Virus record (IMG/VR): IMGVR_UViG_3300030090_001446
Location: 1-59,573 of that record
DNA length: 59,573 bases
Source of the DNA: a virus
Taxonomy: Duplodnaviria > Caudoviricetes
Reading direction: 5' to 3' (one strand)
Numbering within the stretch: position 1 is the first letter of the stretch; each line of letters begins with the position of its first letter. Shown in pieces: positions 6,632-14,348 of this stretch. The notes below the pieces were generated by a model, which saw nothing but the letters and a program-made list of their open reading frames with translations, did no database searches and had not been told where the DNA came from. The translations under genes were made by a program, and so were the position numbers.

Positions 6632-6720
6632 TCTGGTTTAACATAAAAAGAGAGGATGACTTTTTCTCATTGGGAAAAACTTGTTCTCTCTTTTCATGTG
6701 CAACCAGAGAGAGAACTATA
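6632..6720 (+). repeat. Intergenic hairpin repeat copy C (core spacer inverted)
   Basis: TCTGGTTTAACAT...TTTTTC-TCATTGG-GAAAAA...ATGTGCAACCAGA. Confidence 0.95.
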
Positions 6721-7107
6721 ATGTCAGAAGAAAAAGCTAAAGAACGCAAGCGTTTGTACGATCACCATTGGAAACATGCCAAGCGTTGGCAATACCAGCC
6801 AATGTCCTGGCACAGGTGGAAGTTTTATTTCTGGCCTAAAGTAGAAGGCTGGGATGAGAAAGATATTGTTTTTGCTGCCGCAAAGCAACAAAATGCCACC
6901 AAAATATTTGGGACGCAAAAACTTATTGACCCTCCTGAAGGGTGGAAATATGGCTTTCCCAAAAAGTTACCGTTAGGTTTTAATGTAGATGATGCAGATA
7001 GTCTGAAAGAATGGTTAGTTGATAACGGCTATCCTGCTCACCTCATAAGTGACAAAATTAGATGTCGAGTATGGGAAGAAGTACAATCTAAAGGAGAAGA
7101 AGAATGA
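6721..7107 (+). CDS. Early hypothetical protein (128 aa)
   Basis: ATG after the repeat; C-terminal IDPPEGWKYGFPK...EWLVDNGYP segment of phage-protein type. Confidence 0.75.
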   Translation: MSEEKAKERKRLYDHHWKHAKRWQYQPMSWHRWKFYFWPKVEGWDEKDIVFAAAKQQNATKIFGTQKLIDPPEGWKYGFPKKLPLGFNVDDADSLKEWLVDNGYPAHLISDKIRCRVWEEVQSKGEEE

Positions 7108-7280
7108 CTGAATTTGAGCAAATGACTGACTTTGAGATTGCCATTGATGATGATATTGCAAAATGGTATCATAACAATCAACACGAGGGAGACTATTTTA
7201 ATACTCGTAAGTGGCGTGACCTGTTCGATGAGCAGAAACAGGTAGCTGCTCAATTATTCTGGAAGGAGATGCTATCATGA
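7104..7280 (+). CDS. Small acidic hypothetical protein (58 aa, not in track)
   Basis: AAGGAG RBS, ATGA overlap, MTEFEQMTDFEIAIDDD... Confidence 0.6.
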   Translation: MTEFEQMTDFEIAIDDDIAKWYHNNQHEGDYFNTRKWRDLFDEQKQVAAQLFWKEMLS

Positions 7281-7480
7281 GTCCAGATTGGAGAACATTG
7301 AATTGGTTAGAAACAAGAATGAACGAACTTATTCAAGAAGGAGTACCTGAAGACAAGGCCGAAGAACAGGCATATGAAGAGCTTGAACCATGGGGTTAGT
7401 AGAAACTATACTAATCCTATACATACTATTAGCACTTATGCTATTAGTAACAGTTAAACACATACAAAGGAGTAAGTAAG

Positions 7481-7687
7481 ATGCAGAAGTATGACATTTC
7501 TAAAAGGTCGGATGGAAAATATGCTGTATGGCAAAACGTAAACACCTTTAATCACCAAACTAAGATGAAGAAAGGTAAAGAAGTTAAGATTATAACACAT
7601 TGGAAAGTTTTTAAATGGTATCTTATCAATGTGTTTGGTACTCGAATGCAAGCAATAAACTTTATTAAGGAACAAACAAATGGCTGA
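7481..7687 (+). CDS. Hypothetical protein
   Basis: AAGGAG RBS, 68 aa. Confidence 0.65.
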   Translation: MQKYDISKRSDGKYAVWQNVNTFNHQTKMKKGKEVKIITHWKVFKWYLINVFGTRMQAINFIKEQTNG

Positions 7688-7850
7688 AATTAAACGAAGC
7701 CCTAGTGAAAACCATTTCCTCTATGTAGGTGATGTACACATGAAGGGTAAATGGATACCCATTCACACTAAGAAGGATTTTCTAACAATTATTAAACTTG
7801 CAAGTGAATCGCTCTTGATGCTAGAGAAAGAGGAAAGACATGACTTGTAG
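7680..7850 (+). CDS. Small hypothetical protein (56 aa, not in track)
   Basis: AAGGA RBS, MAEIKRSPSENHFLYVG... Confidence 0.55.
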   Translation: MAEIKRSPSENHFLYVGDVHMKGKWIPIHTKKDFLTIIKLASESLLMLEKEERHDL

Positions 7851-7999
7851 GATGAGTAGGAATATGCCTTCTGACTACATGAAATGGAGGGATCATTACC
7901 AATTAAAACATGATGTAGTGTCACCACTCTTTTGGATAAACCCTCTTAAACTGTATGAGGATGACTATGAATGGCACAACTTTATCAAGGAGAAAACTG

Positions 8000-8299
8000 A
8001 TGAAACTGATGACTAAAGAAATCCAGAAAAAGTTACCTGCCCTTGGTTCAACTGATGGTCTACCACCAGACCGAATAGAAATTGTAGCTAAGTATTTTAC
8101 ACCTGATGCTAATTTTACTTGGTACGTTACAGAAGGAGAGAAAGATCGAGATGACTACCGATTGTTTGGATGGGTCGAAGGACCGTATCCAGAACTAGGT
8201 TACTTTATGCTTTCAGACTTAGAGGGTATTAGAGGACCGTTAGGTTTAAAAGTAGAACGTGATTTGTATTTCACGGCAACACTAAATGAGGTACGATAA
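8000..8299 (+). CDS. DUF2958-family phage protein
   Basis: YFTP...TWYVTE...LFG...ELGYF.LSDL...VERDLYF; AAGGAG before ATG 8000. Confidence 0.8.
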   Translation: MKLMTKEIQKKLPALGSTDGLPPDRIEIVAKYFTPDANFTWYVTEGEKDRDDYRLFGWVEGPYPELGYFMLSDLEGIRGPLGLKVERDLYFTATLNEVR

Positions 8300-8505
8300 T
8301 GAAAATCACAATGACATCAATTCTGTCAGGTAAAACTACAACTAGAGATATAGATGTAGAGCCTGAACAGATACTGGCGTGGCAGAATGGTATGCTTATT
8401 CAAGATGCTATGCCTGAAGTATCTCCTTCGGATAGAGATTTTATCCGAGTAGGTTTAACGGAGGAAGAAACAGAGGCACTTTATCCCAATGCTAAAAACT
8501 CTTGA
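8299..8505 (+). CDS. Conserved phage hypothetical protein
   Basis: LIQDAMPEVSPSDRDFI motif; GAGG RBS. Confidence 0.7.
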   Translation: MKITMTSILSGKTTTRDIDVEPEQILAWQNGMLIQDAMPEVSPSDRDFIRVGLTEEETEALYPNAKNS

Positions 8506-9307
8506 ACTATTTGCAGGGATTGGAGGCTTCAGTGTGGGACTTGAACGCACTGGAGCCTTCAAGACTATTGGGTTCTGTGAGATAGACGAGCAATGTCATA
8601 AAGTTCTACGCAAGAACTGGCCTGATGTACCTATCTATACAGATGTAACAAAATTATCAGTGAAAAATTTACCTGAGATTCCTGATGTAATTACAGGTGG
8701 TTTTCCTTGTCAGGATATATCTATAGCAGGTAAAGGAGAAGGATTAGATGGTAAAAGATCAGGACTCTGGTGGGAGTTTCACAGACTTATTCGGGAATGT
8801 AATCCCAGATGGGTCATCATCGAAAACGTCGCCATGCTTCGACGTAGAGGATTGGGACAAGTGTTACGATCCCTCGCAGAGATCGGGTATGATGCAGAAT
8901 GGCATTGTATATCCGCTGGAGCCGTTGGTGCGCCTCACCAGAGGGATCGCCTCTGGATACTGGCCTACCCCAACAGTCAACGGCAACTACAATCGGAAAG
9001 GAGCAAGCAAGACATCAGGCGATGGGTTAGCAACAGCAGTATGGAACTGGCCGACTCCTCTGAGCAGGGACTACAAAGACACGGCCAAAAACTGGGAAGA
9101 CCTAGCCAAATATGCACACAAGAAACGCTTGCCCTGTTCCGTAGCAGCAGCGGAAAAGCGCAATGGGAAACTGAACCCCAGGTGGGTAGATTGGTTGATG
9201 GGATACCCCGTAGACCACACAGATTGCGACAGCTAGGTAATGCTGTCGTACCACAAATCCCTGAGTATCTAGGACAATGTATCAGGGATCAACAGAAAGG
9301 AAACTAA
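8489..9307 (+). CDS. dcm: DNA cytosine-C5 methyltransferase, alpha polypeptide
   Basis: Motifs I ELFAGIGG, IV GGFPCQ, VI ENV, VIII QRDR and X LGNAVVP; motif IX not evident in this frame. Confidence 0.92.
   Translation: MLKTLELFAGIGGFSVGLERTGAFKTIGFCEIDEQCHKVLRKNWPDVPIYTDVTKLSVKNLPEIPDVITGGFPCQDISIAGKGEGLDGKRSGLWWEFHRLIRECNPRWVIIENVAMLRRRGLGQVLRSLAEIGYDAEWHCISAGAVGAPHQRDRLWILAYPNSQRQLQSERSKQDIRRWVSNSSMELADSSEQGLQRHGQKLGRPSQICTQETLALFRSSSGKAQWETEPQVGRLVDGIPRRPHRLRQLGNAVVPQIPEYLGQCIRDQQKGN
8748..9236 (+). CDS. Methyltransferase beta polypeptide nested in the +1 frame (M.EcoHK31I-type)
   Basis: Own AAGGA RBS; two WPTP units and motif IX-like LNPRWVDWLMGYP. Confidence 0.8.
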   Translation: MVKDQDSGGSFTDLFGNVIPDGSSSKTSPCFDVEDWDKCYDPSQRSGMMQNGIVYPLEPLVRLTRGIASGYWPTPTVNGNYNRKGASKTSGDGLATAVWNWPTPLSRDYKDTAKNWEDLAKYAHKKRLPCSVAAAEKRNGKLNPRWVDWLMGYPVDHTDCDS

Positions 9308-9308
9308 C

Positions 9309-9506
9309 ATGTCAGCAGAAAGTAAAGTACTACGTGCATTGCGTAAGCGTAATCGAGTTACTCGCAAAACTGCAATTGAAAATGGATGGGCGGAAAACTT
9401 GACTGCTACCATCTCTCGATTGCGTAAGATGGGACATGAAATTGTACCTGTCATGGCACGTACACCAGAAGGAGAAACGTACACACGCTATCGCCTAATG
9501 GCTTAA
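9309..9506 (+). CDS. Small winged-HTH DNA-binding protein
   Basis: LTATISRLRKMGHEI...YTRYRL pattern (HTH_39-like). Confidence 0.7.
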   Translation: MSAESKVLRALRKRNRVTRKTAIENGWAENLTATISRLRKMGHEIVPVMARTPEGETYTRYRLMA

Positions 9507-9511
9507 CCTAT

Positions 9512-9700
9512 AGACCTGGACATGTCTTTAAACTGTCCATTTGTCACGGTTACAGATACGAAATTGACTCATTTATCGTATCTGTGAGAGTGCCAAAATG
9601 CTCGTAAGTAATTGAAATAATTGGACGAATAAAACCGTGACATTTCTTTGCACTATATAGAGATTAGTGTGCAATTTGTCACGGTTTTAGATACGAAACT
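9512..9700 (+). other. Structured intergenic region: H-type pseudoknot plus nested direct and inverted repeats
   Basis: AGAC/GTCT stem with loop TGGACA pairing TGTCCA; TTTGTCACGGTT twice, with an inverted AACCGTGACA between. Confidence 0.6.
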
Positions 9701-9720
9701 TAATCTTTTGGAGAAGAACC

Positions 9721-10227
9721 ATGTTTAACTTTATGAAACTATGGAAGACTGAAGAAGAAAATAATGCGCTTGAAGTTACTCCTACTGTTACTTTAACTAG
9801 TACAGAAATTAGTAAGAAATATAATATAAATACAGGGGTTGTTACAAAAGCAAGGCAATCTCAGCGACTAAAACCTGTTGGTACTTTTCCTCATCCGATT
9901 CAAAGAAATGTCACTGCATATCTTTATGATCCTAAAGATGTGGAGAATTGGAGAGCATCTGTTAAATCTCAGAAAAAGAAAAAGAATAAAGTTAATAACT
10001 CTTTATATCCAGTAGGATCAGGATACAATACTTATCGAACAGAAGAAATTAATCAACTGATTGGCAAGCACATTCGTTTTGGTCGTTGGTCTTACTTTGA
10101 GGATTGTATTAAGATACATGCTGCTAGACAAATAGAAAATAATGAGATAAGCTGTACTTTAAGAAGCGCAATGAGAACTAACGCACTTTATTGTTTACGT
10201 GTTATTGATGCAGAAAATAAGGAGTAA
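9721..10227 (+). CDS. Hypothetical protein, possibly DNA-binding
   Basis: GGAG RBS, basic, HTH-like N-terminal half. Confidence 0.65.
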   Translation: MFNFMKLWKTEEENNALEVTPTVTLTSTEISKKYNINTGVVTKARQSQRLKPVGTFPHPIQRNVTAYLYDPKDVENWRASVKSQKKKKNKVNNSLYPVGSGYNTYRTEEINQLIGKHIRFGRWSYFEDCIKIHAARQIENNEISCTLRSAMRTNALYCLRVIDAENKE

Positions 10228-10232
10228 AGAAA

Positions 10233-10493
10233 ATGAATATCATACATGTCAATGACAAGCCCTGGAATTATACAGTAATTCCTCAAGCAGTAAGTCAGAA
10301 TGATGATCTTATTCATAACTTACGAACTATTCATCTGTTAGATGGGACAGTACATATACAAGAAGTTCGTTTACCTAATCAGATATTTCTTAGAGGAGGT
10401 ATCTGTCATCAGTATGGAGTAAAGTATCAAGTTAAAGTTGATGAAATCAAATGTCCTACTTGTGGAACATTGCCTAAAAATATACGGAGATAG
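10233..10493 (+). CDS. Hypothetical protein with C-terminal CPTC
   Basis: AAGGAG RBS. Confidence 0.6.
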   Translation: MNIIHVNDKPWNYTVIPQAVSQNDDLIHNLRTIHLLDGTVHIQEVRLPNQIFLRGGICHQYGVKYQVKVDEIKCPTCGTLPKNIRR

Positions 10494-10511
10494 TTACTGG
10501 AGTAAAGAAAG

Positions 10512-10760
10512 ATGAAGAAAATAATCCATGTTAATCAACATGTGATAAAAGCTAATCGTAAGAATGACACAAGAAAACCACCACTAACCTGTAAGACCAG
10601 CAAAGATAATATCTATGCTAAAGATATTATTATTGATGGACCCTGCCGAATACGATATAGTCCAGATAAACCGCTATCCTGTGGCGCTCATGTTTGGATT
10701 GAAACAGATAGTGAGATTGTAGTTGTTGGTAAAGCATACCAATGGAAGGAACTAGTTTAA
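10512..10760 (+). CDS. Conserved phage hypothetical protein
   Basis: IHVNQHVI...YSPDKPLSCGAHVWIET. Confidence 0.75.
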   Translation: MKKIIHVNQHVIKANRKNDTRKPPLTCKTSKDNIYAKDIIIDGPCRIRYSPDKPLSCGAHVWIETDSEIVVVGKAYQWKELV

Positions 10761-10978
10761 TGAAAAAGTATCAAGTGACAGTGTATCGTACTGTTCAACA
10801 GAGTGCGACTGTCATGATTGAAAGTGACAGAGAACTAAACGCTTCTGAAATAGAATACATTCGTACAAAGGCAGAAGATGAAGCAGGTGAACTGTCTGAT
10901 TACGATTGGAAGTATGAAGAAGTAGATGACAAAGTAGATGTAACAATCTATGATGGTAATGAATACTATCTTACGTAA
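10760..10978 (+). CDS. Acidic hypothetical protein
   Basis: TAATG coupling with the previous gene. Confidence 0.65.
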   Translation: MKKYQVTVYRTVQQSATVMIESDRELNASEIEYIRTKAEDEAGELSDYDWKYEEVDDKVDVTIYDGNEYYLT

Positions 10979-10990
10979 AGGATACATGAG

Positions 10991-11680
10991 ATGACTACAA
11001 CTACAGAACTAAACGATCTAATTCGCTGGCGTGAAGACATAGGACAGTTCGCTATTGACCGTCCTATTAATGACACTAAGAACCATCAAGGATCATGTAT
11101 ACACAAGACAGAGTTTTGTAATATAACTTGTTACAACAATAAGTTATACAAACTCTATCCCAAGATGCATGATCGAGATGATAGAGTAGAAAGTATCTGG
11201 CAGAATCTTGATCCTCTTTCCATTAAACCTTTCCTTCAGCGTAAGCGTAAGCAAACCAAACGGGTGCGCTTCATGACTAGAGGCGAGGCGTTTGCCACAT
11301 GGTCTGATGTACTCAAGGTCAAAGCTATCCTGGAAGATAACCCAGATACTCAATGGTGGATACCTACTAGAGCATGGCGTGAGCCTATCTTAAAGAAATT
11401 AATTGAAGAAATGATAGTGCCATTAAAGAATGCAGCAGTTAATGCTAGTGTTGATCCATCTAATACTAAAGATGATTGGCAAATGTTACGATCAGATAAA
11501 TGGAACGTGATGTTCTATGGAGATGAAGACTTGACTATCGTTCCAGACTCTGATATAAAAATGTTCTTGTGTCCCAAGACACATAAGAAACTGAAAGGAC
11601 ATTGCGATGTTTGTAAAGCTGGATGCTTTAGTCCATCAACTTTACAACGTCAACAATTCGTACATCTCTCACAACATTAG
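10991..11680 (+). CDS. GP88-like, radical-SAM-related Fe-S protein
   Basis: CIHKTEFCNITCY cluster, RFMTRGE, C-terminal CP...CDVCKAGC. Confidence 0.6.
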   Translation: MTTTTELNDLIRWREDIGQFAIDRPINDTKNHQGSCIHKTEFCNITCYNNKLYKLYPKMHDRDDRVESIWQNLDPLSIKPFLQRKRKQTKRVRFMTRGEAFATWSDVLKVKAILEDNPDTQWWIPTRAWREPILKKLIEEMIVPLKNAAVNASVDPSNTKDDWQMLRSDKWNVMFYGDEDLTIVPDSDIKMFLCPKTHKKLKGHCDVCKAGCFSPSTLQRQQFVHLSQH

Positions 11681-11689
11681 GAGTATGTA

Positions 11690-11938
11690 ATGAAAGATGA
11701 AGCAATAAAACATGGGCATGTAAGTGTGCCTGTACTCAAGGCAATAAAACATAATTGCATTGAGTGTAGTGGTGGGAGCTTTGTAGAGGTAAAACTATGT
11801 ACAGTTTACTCCTGCCACTTGTGGCCTTTTAGACTGGGTAAAAATCCTTGGCGTAAAGGAATGAGCCAGGAAGAAAAAGATAAGCGTAGTAAACGATTAA
11901 AAGAGGTAAGGAAATCATGGAGTACAGAACAGGATTAA
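11690..11938 (+). CDS. Small Zn-binding phage protein
   Basis: AIKHNCIECSGG...C...CHLWPFR. Confidence 0.7.
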   Translation: MKDEAIKHGHVSVPVLKAIKHNCIECSGGSFVEVKLCTVYSCHLWPFRLGKNPWRKGMSQEEKDKRSKRLKEVRKSWSTEQD

Positions 11939-12076
11939 TATCAGAATTGTTTGGTGATATCAATGACTTAATAGATCAAGTCAACAATTTAAAAGCTACT
12001 GATTCTACTTTTCATATTGCTAAATCGTTAGGCGAATTGAAGATTAAAATCAGAGAAGAATTTATTGGATCATAGA

Positions 12077-12105
12077 TTGCATATCATATTATTATGTGGT
12101 ATAAT
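12077..12105 (+). promoter_or_regulatory. sigma70 promoter
   Basis: TTGCAT-17 bp-TATAAT with TGn extension. Confidence 0.75.
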
Positions 12106-12127
12106 ATACAGATTAGAGGAGAGTGTA

Positions 12128-12346
12128 ATGACTAAACGATTTAAGTTTCATGACCATGTTCAAATAGGATTGTCTGTTGATACAGTATGTGGCGAATCAT
12201 TAGATACTATTATTTTAAGGCATAGTGATGCAACTTCTATCACTGATGTATCAGTTAGGAATTGTAATAAAATATTAAACAGAGAACTAGAGGAATGGGA
12301 ACATGAGTACAATCAATACCTCGATTCCATTAAAGTATATAACTGA
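12128..12346 (+). CDS. Hypothetical protein
   Basis: GAGGAG RBS before ATG 12128. Confidence 0.65.
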   Translation: MTKRFKFHDHVQIGLSVDTVCGESLDTIILRHSDATSITDVSVRNCNKILNRELEEWEHEYNQYLDSIKVYN

Positions 12347-12471
12347 TGGGAAACGTAGGGTAGAACGTGTACACAAAGCTGGTATGCGTGATCCTTATTG
12401 GAAAGAAAGAAGGCAGCATCAAATTGTGCCTGATAAAAAGAAACAGGACAGTAAAAGAAAGTGTAGATATA

Positions 12472-12669
12472 ATGTTTATTATAGTACAGATTCATAATGG
12501 TGCTAAACCTTCTTGTCTAGAAAATTTACATCCATTACCTAATGCTTATGGGAATGCTGTAGAAACATTTAAAACAAAAGAGGAAGCACATAAATTATTA
12601 GAACTGCTATGGGATATTGATGTAGAAGAACAGCAAGAAAATAATATTCATGTGTGGAGGATGCACTAA
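12472..12669 (+). CDS. Hypothetical protein
   Basis: Probable start MFIIVQ within track ORF 12367..12669. Confidence 0.55.
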   Translation: MFIIVQIHNGAKPSCLENLHPLPNAYGNAVETFKTKEEAHKLLELLWDIDVEEQQENNIHVWRMH

Positions 12670-12767
12670 TGAATGCTCTTATAGAATATTATTACTTTAA
12701 TAATTTAGCTGACATATTGATATATCTTATTGAAAAGATTGTTAAATCTTTAATATAGGAGATAGCT

Positions 12768-12974
12768 ATGAACTTAACTAATGTCATTCATTTGTTACAA
12801 GAAACACAAACTAAGATTAAAATTGTTTATGGTAACACTAAGAGTACACAAAATACAGCTTACATAAAAGCATTACAAACAGAAAGTATTAAAACTTTAG
12901 ACAAACTAATAGAAGATTTAACGGCAATACAAAAAGAAAGAGTAGGATTGGAGATCGGAGCATGGCGTTCTTAA
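12768..12974 (+). CDS. Hypothetical protein
   Basis: AGGAG RBS. Confidence 0.65.
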   Translation: MNLTNVIHLLQETQTKIKIVYGNTKSTQNTAYIKALQTESIKTLDKLIEDLTAIQKERVGLEIGAWRS

Positions 12975-13435
12975 AGTATATAGTACTAACAATACTTATT
13001 CTATTTTCTTCTACAGTTTATGCTGAAGAAAAGGATGAACTTAAATGTTTAGTTGAAGCTGTTTACCATGAAGCTAGATCAGAATCTTTTGTAGGACAAT
13101 TGGCAGTTGCAAATGTTATAATTGAGAGAACAACTTTACAACAGTATCCAGATACTATTTGTGGAGTTGTTCATGCAGGACACAGATGGAAAGGTAACAT
13201 AATTAAAAACAGATGTGCTTTTAGTTACTTCTGTGATGGTAAAAAAGAATGGGAAACTATTGATAAGAAAGCTTTAGATGAAGCATACACAGTATCTCAT
13301 CTTGCTTTAGAAGGTGTTGCAGTAATGTCTACACTAGGAGCAACCCACTATCATGCCAGCTATGTCTTTCCTGATTGGTCTGTAAATATGCTTAGACTAG
13401 AACAAATAGGAACACATATTTTCTATCTTGACTAG
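12962..13435 (+). CDS. Cell wall hydrolase, SleB/Hydrolase_2 family, with N-terminal signal anchor
   Basis: CLVEAVYHEARSE, GQLAVANVI, ICGVV, GATHYHA, IGTHIFY. Confidence 0.9.
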   Translation: MAFLKYIVLTILILFSSTVYAEEKDELKCLVEAVYHEARSESFVGQLAVANVIIERTTLQQYPDTICGVVHAGHRWKGNIIKNRCAFSYFCDGKKEWETIDKKALDEAYTVSHLALEGVAVMSTLGATHYHASYVFPDWSVNMLRLEQIGTHIFYLD

Positions 13436-13468
13436 AGCTTTAAAATATGATATTATTCGTTTTGAAAC
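13428..13468 (+). promoter_or_regulatory. sigma70 promoter followed by TCGTTTTGAAAC
   Basis: TTGACT-17 bp-TATTAT; same 12-mer follows the promoter at 18112. Confidence 0.7.
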
Positions 13469-13477
13469 GAGGTAATC

Positions 13478-13717
13478 ATGGGAAGAGTTAAAGATTTATT
13501 ATTTACTGGAGCATATGATATGGGACAAACAGAAGATTTACTAAGAGAAAATATGATATTACAAAAAAATGTTAAGGATTTACAAGGACAACTTAATCAA
13601 GCACACCAAAGAATAAAACATTTAACAAGTAATGAATGGTCAAATCAAACACCTGATCAATCTTCCTTACAGGAAGTTGTTGATCCTAAACAAATGGATT
13701 TAAAATTAAATGAATGA
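13478..13717 (+). CDS. Coiled-coil hypothetical protein
   Basis: GAGG RBS. Confidence 0.7.
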   Translation: MGRVKDLLFTGAYDMGQTEDLLRENMILQKNVKDLQGQLNQAHQRIKHLTSNEWSNQTPDQSSLQEVVDPKQMDLKLNE

Positions 13718-13952
13718 AGAAAAGGAACCCTGTCAAGTATTTGATTTTGTTTCTATTAAACAATCAATAGATGAAAAGAAAAATAATCATACTATTGAAA
13801 TATCTGAGGAAGAATGGGAAGATTGTGTACATGTTTTATTTTTGTTTATGGCAGAGAATGGCTATGATCCAAATAAACAAGAAGATATTATAGAGTTTGT
13901 TAAAGATTATTTTCCTGACTTACCAACTAATGACAATGATAACGAGGAATAA
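13710..13952 (+). CDS. Acidic hypothetical protein
   Basis: Overlap-coupled ORF. Confidence 0.65.
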   Translation: MNEEKEPCQVFDFVSIKQSIDEKKNNHTIEISEEEWEDCVHVLFLFMAENGYDPNKQEDIIEFVKDYFPDLPTNDNDNEE

Positions 13953-13955
13953 AAG

Positions 13956-14144
13956 ATGACTAAGAATTTATGGGAGAAAGAAGAACGTCAAGTATTTCGA
14001 TCTCTTACAAGACAGTATAAGCAAGAAGGTTATGATGTTAAAGAAGCTAAGAAGTTAGCTAGAGAAGAAACAAATGAAATCATGAGTGATAAGATTGAGT
14101 TTGCTGAAACCTTATATGAACAGGCACTTGAAGATTTTGATTGA
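13956..14144 (+). CDS. Hypothetical protein
   Basis: GAGG RBS. Confidence 0.7.
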   Translation: MTKNLWEKEERQVFRSLTRQYKQEGYDVKEAKKLAREETNEIMSDKIEFAETLYEQALEDFD

Positions 14145-14346
14145 TGAACTAATAGATAAAATTATTTTACTTCGTTCTTTGAAGTACGATATTTCTTTTA
14201 AATATAATAAAAAGAAAGGAGGAATGCTTTGTGTTTATGACTCTGGTAAAGTGGTTTGGATATACCCTTACATATCTACGCCTACAAAGTCTTACGCTAG
14301 AAAAATACTTACTAATTATTTTGGTAACTCTATTATTAGGAATTAA
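14086..14346 (+). CDS. Hypothetical protein (start uncertain)
   Basis: Fills the gap before the primase. Confidence 0.45.
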   Translation: MIRLSLLKPYMNRHLKILIDELIDKIILLRSLKYDISFKYNKKKGGMLCVYDSGKVVWIYPYISTPTKSYARKILTNYFGNSIIRN

Positions 14347-14348
14347 TT

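Noticed and set aside
5667-6720. CRISPR array
   Set aside because: Repeats are ~80 nt and separated by whole genes of 260-550 bp, not by short uniform spacers
5550-6720. N-terminal extensions of track ORFs 5550, 6042 and 6625, and similar antisense ORFs
   Set aside because: They are translations of the non-coding repeat; true starts are 5742, 6084 and 6721
11958-11970. Third IHF consensus match (TATCAATGACTTA)
   Set aside because: Lies inside a probable small ORF starting ~11917; could be chance in AT-rich DNA
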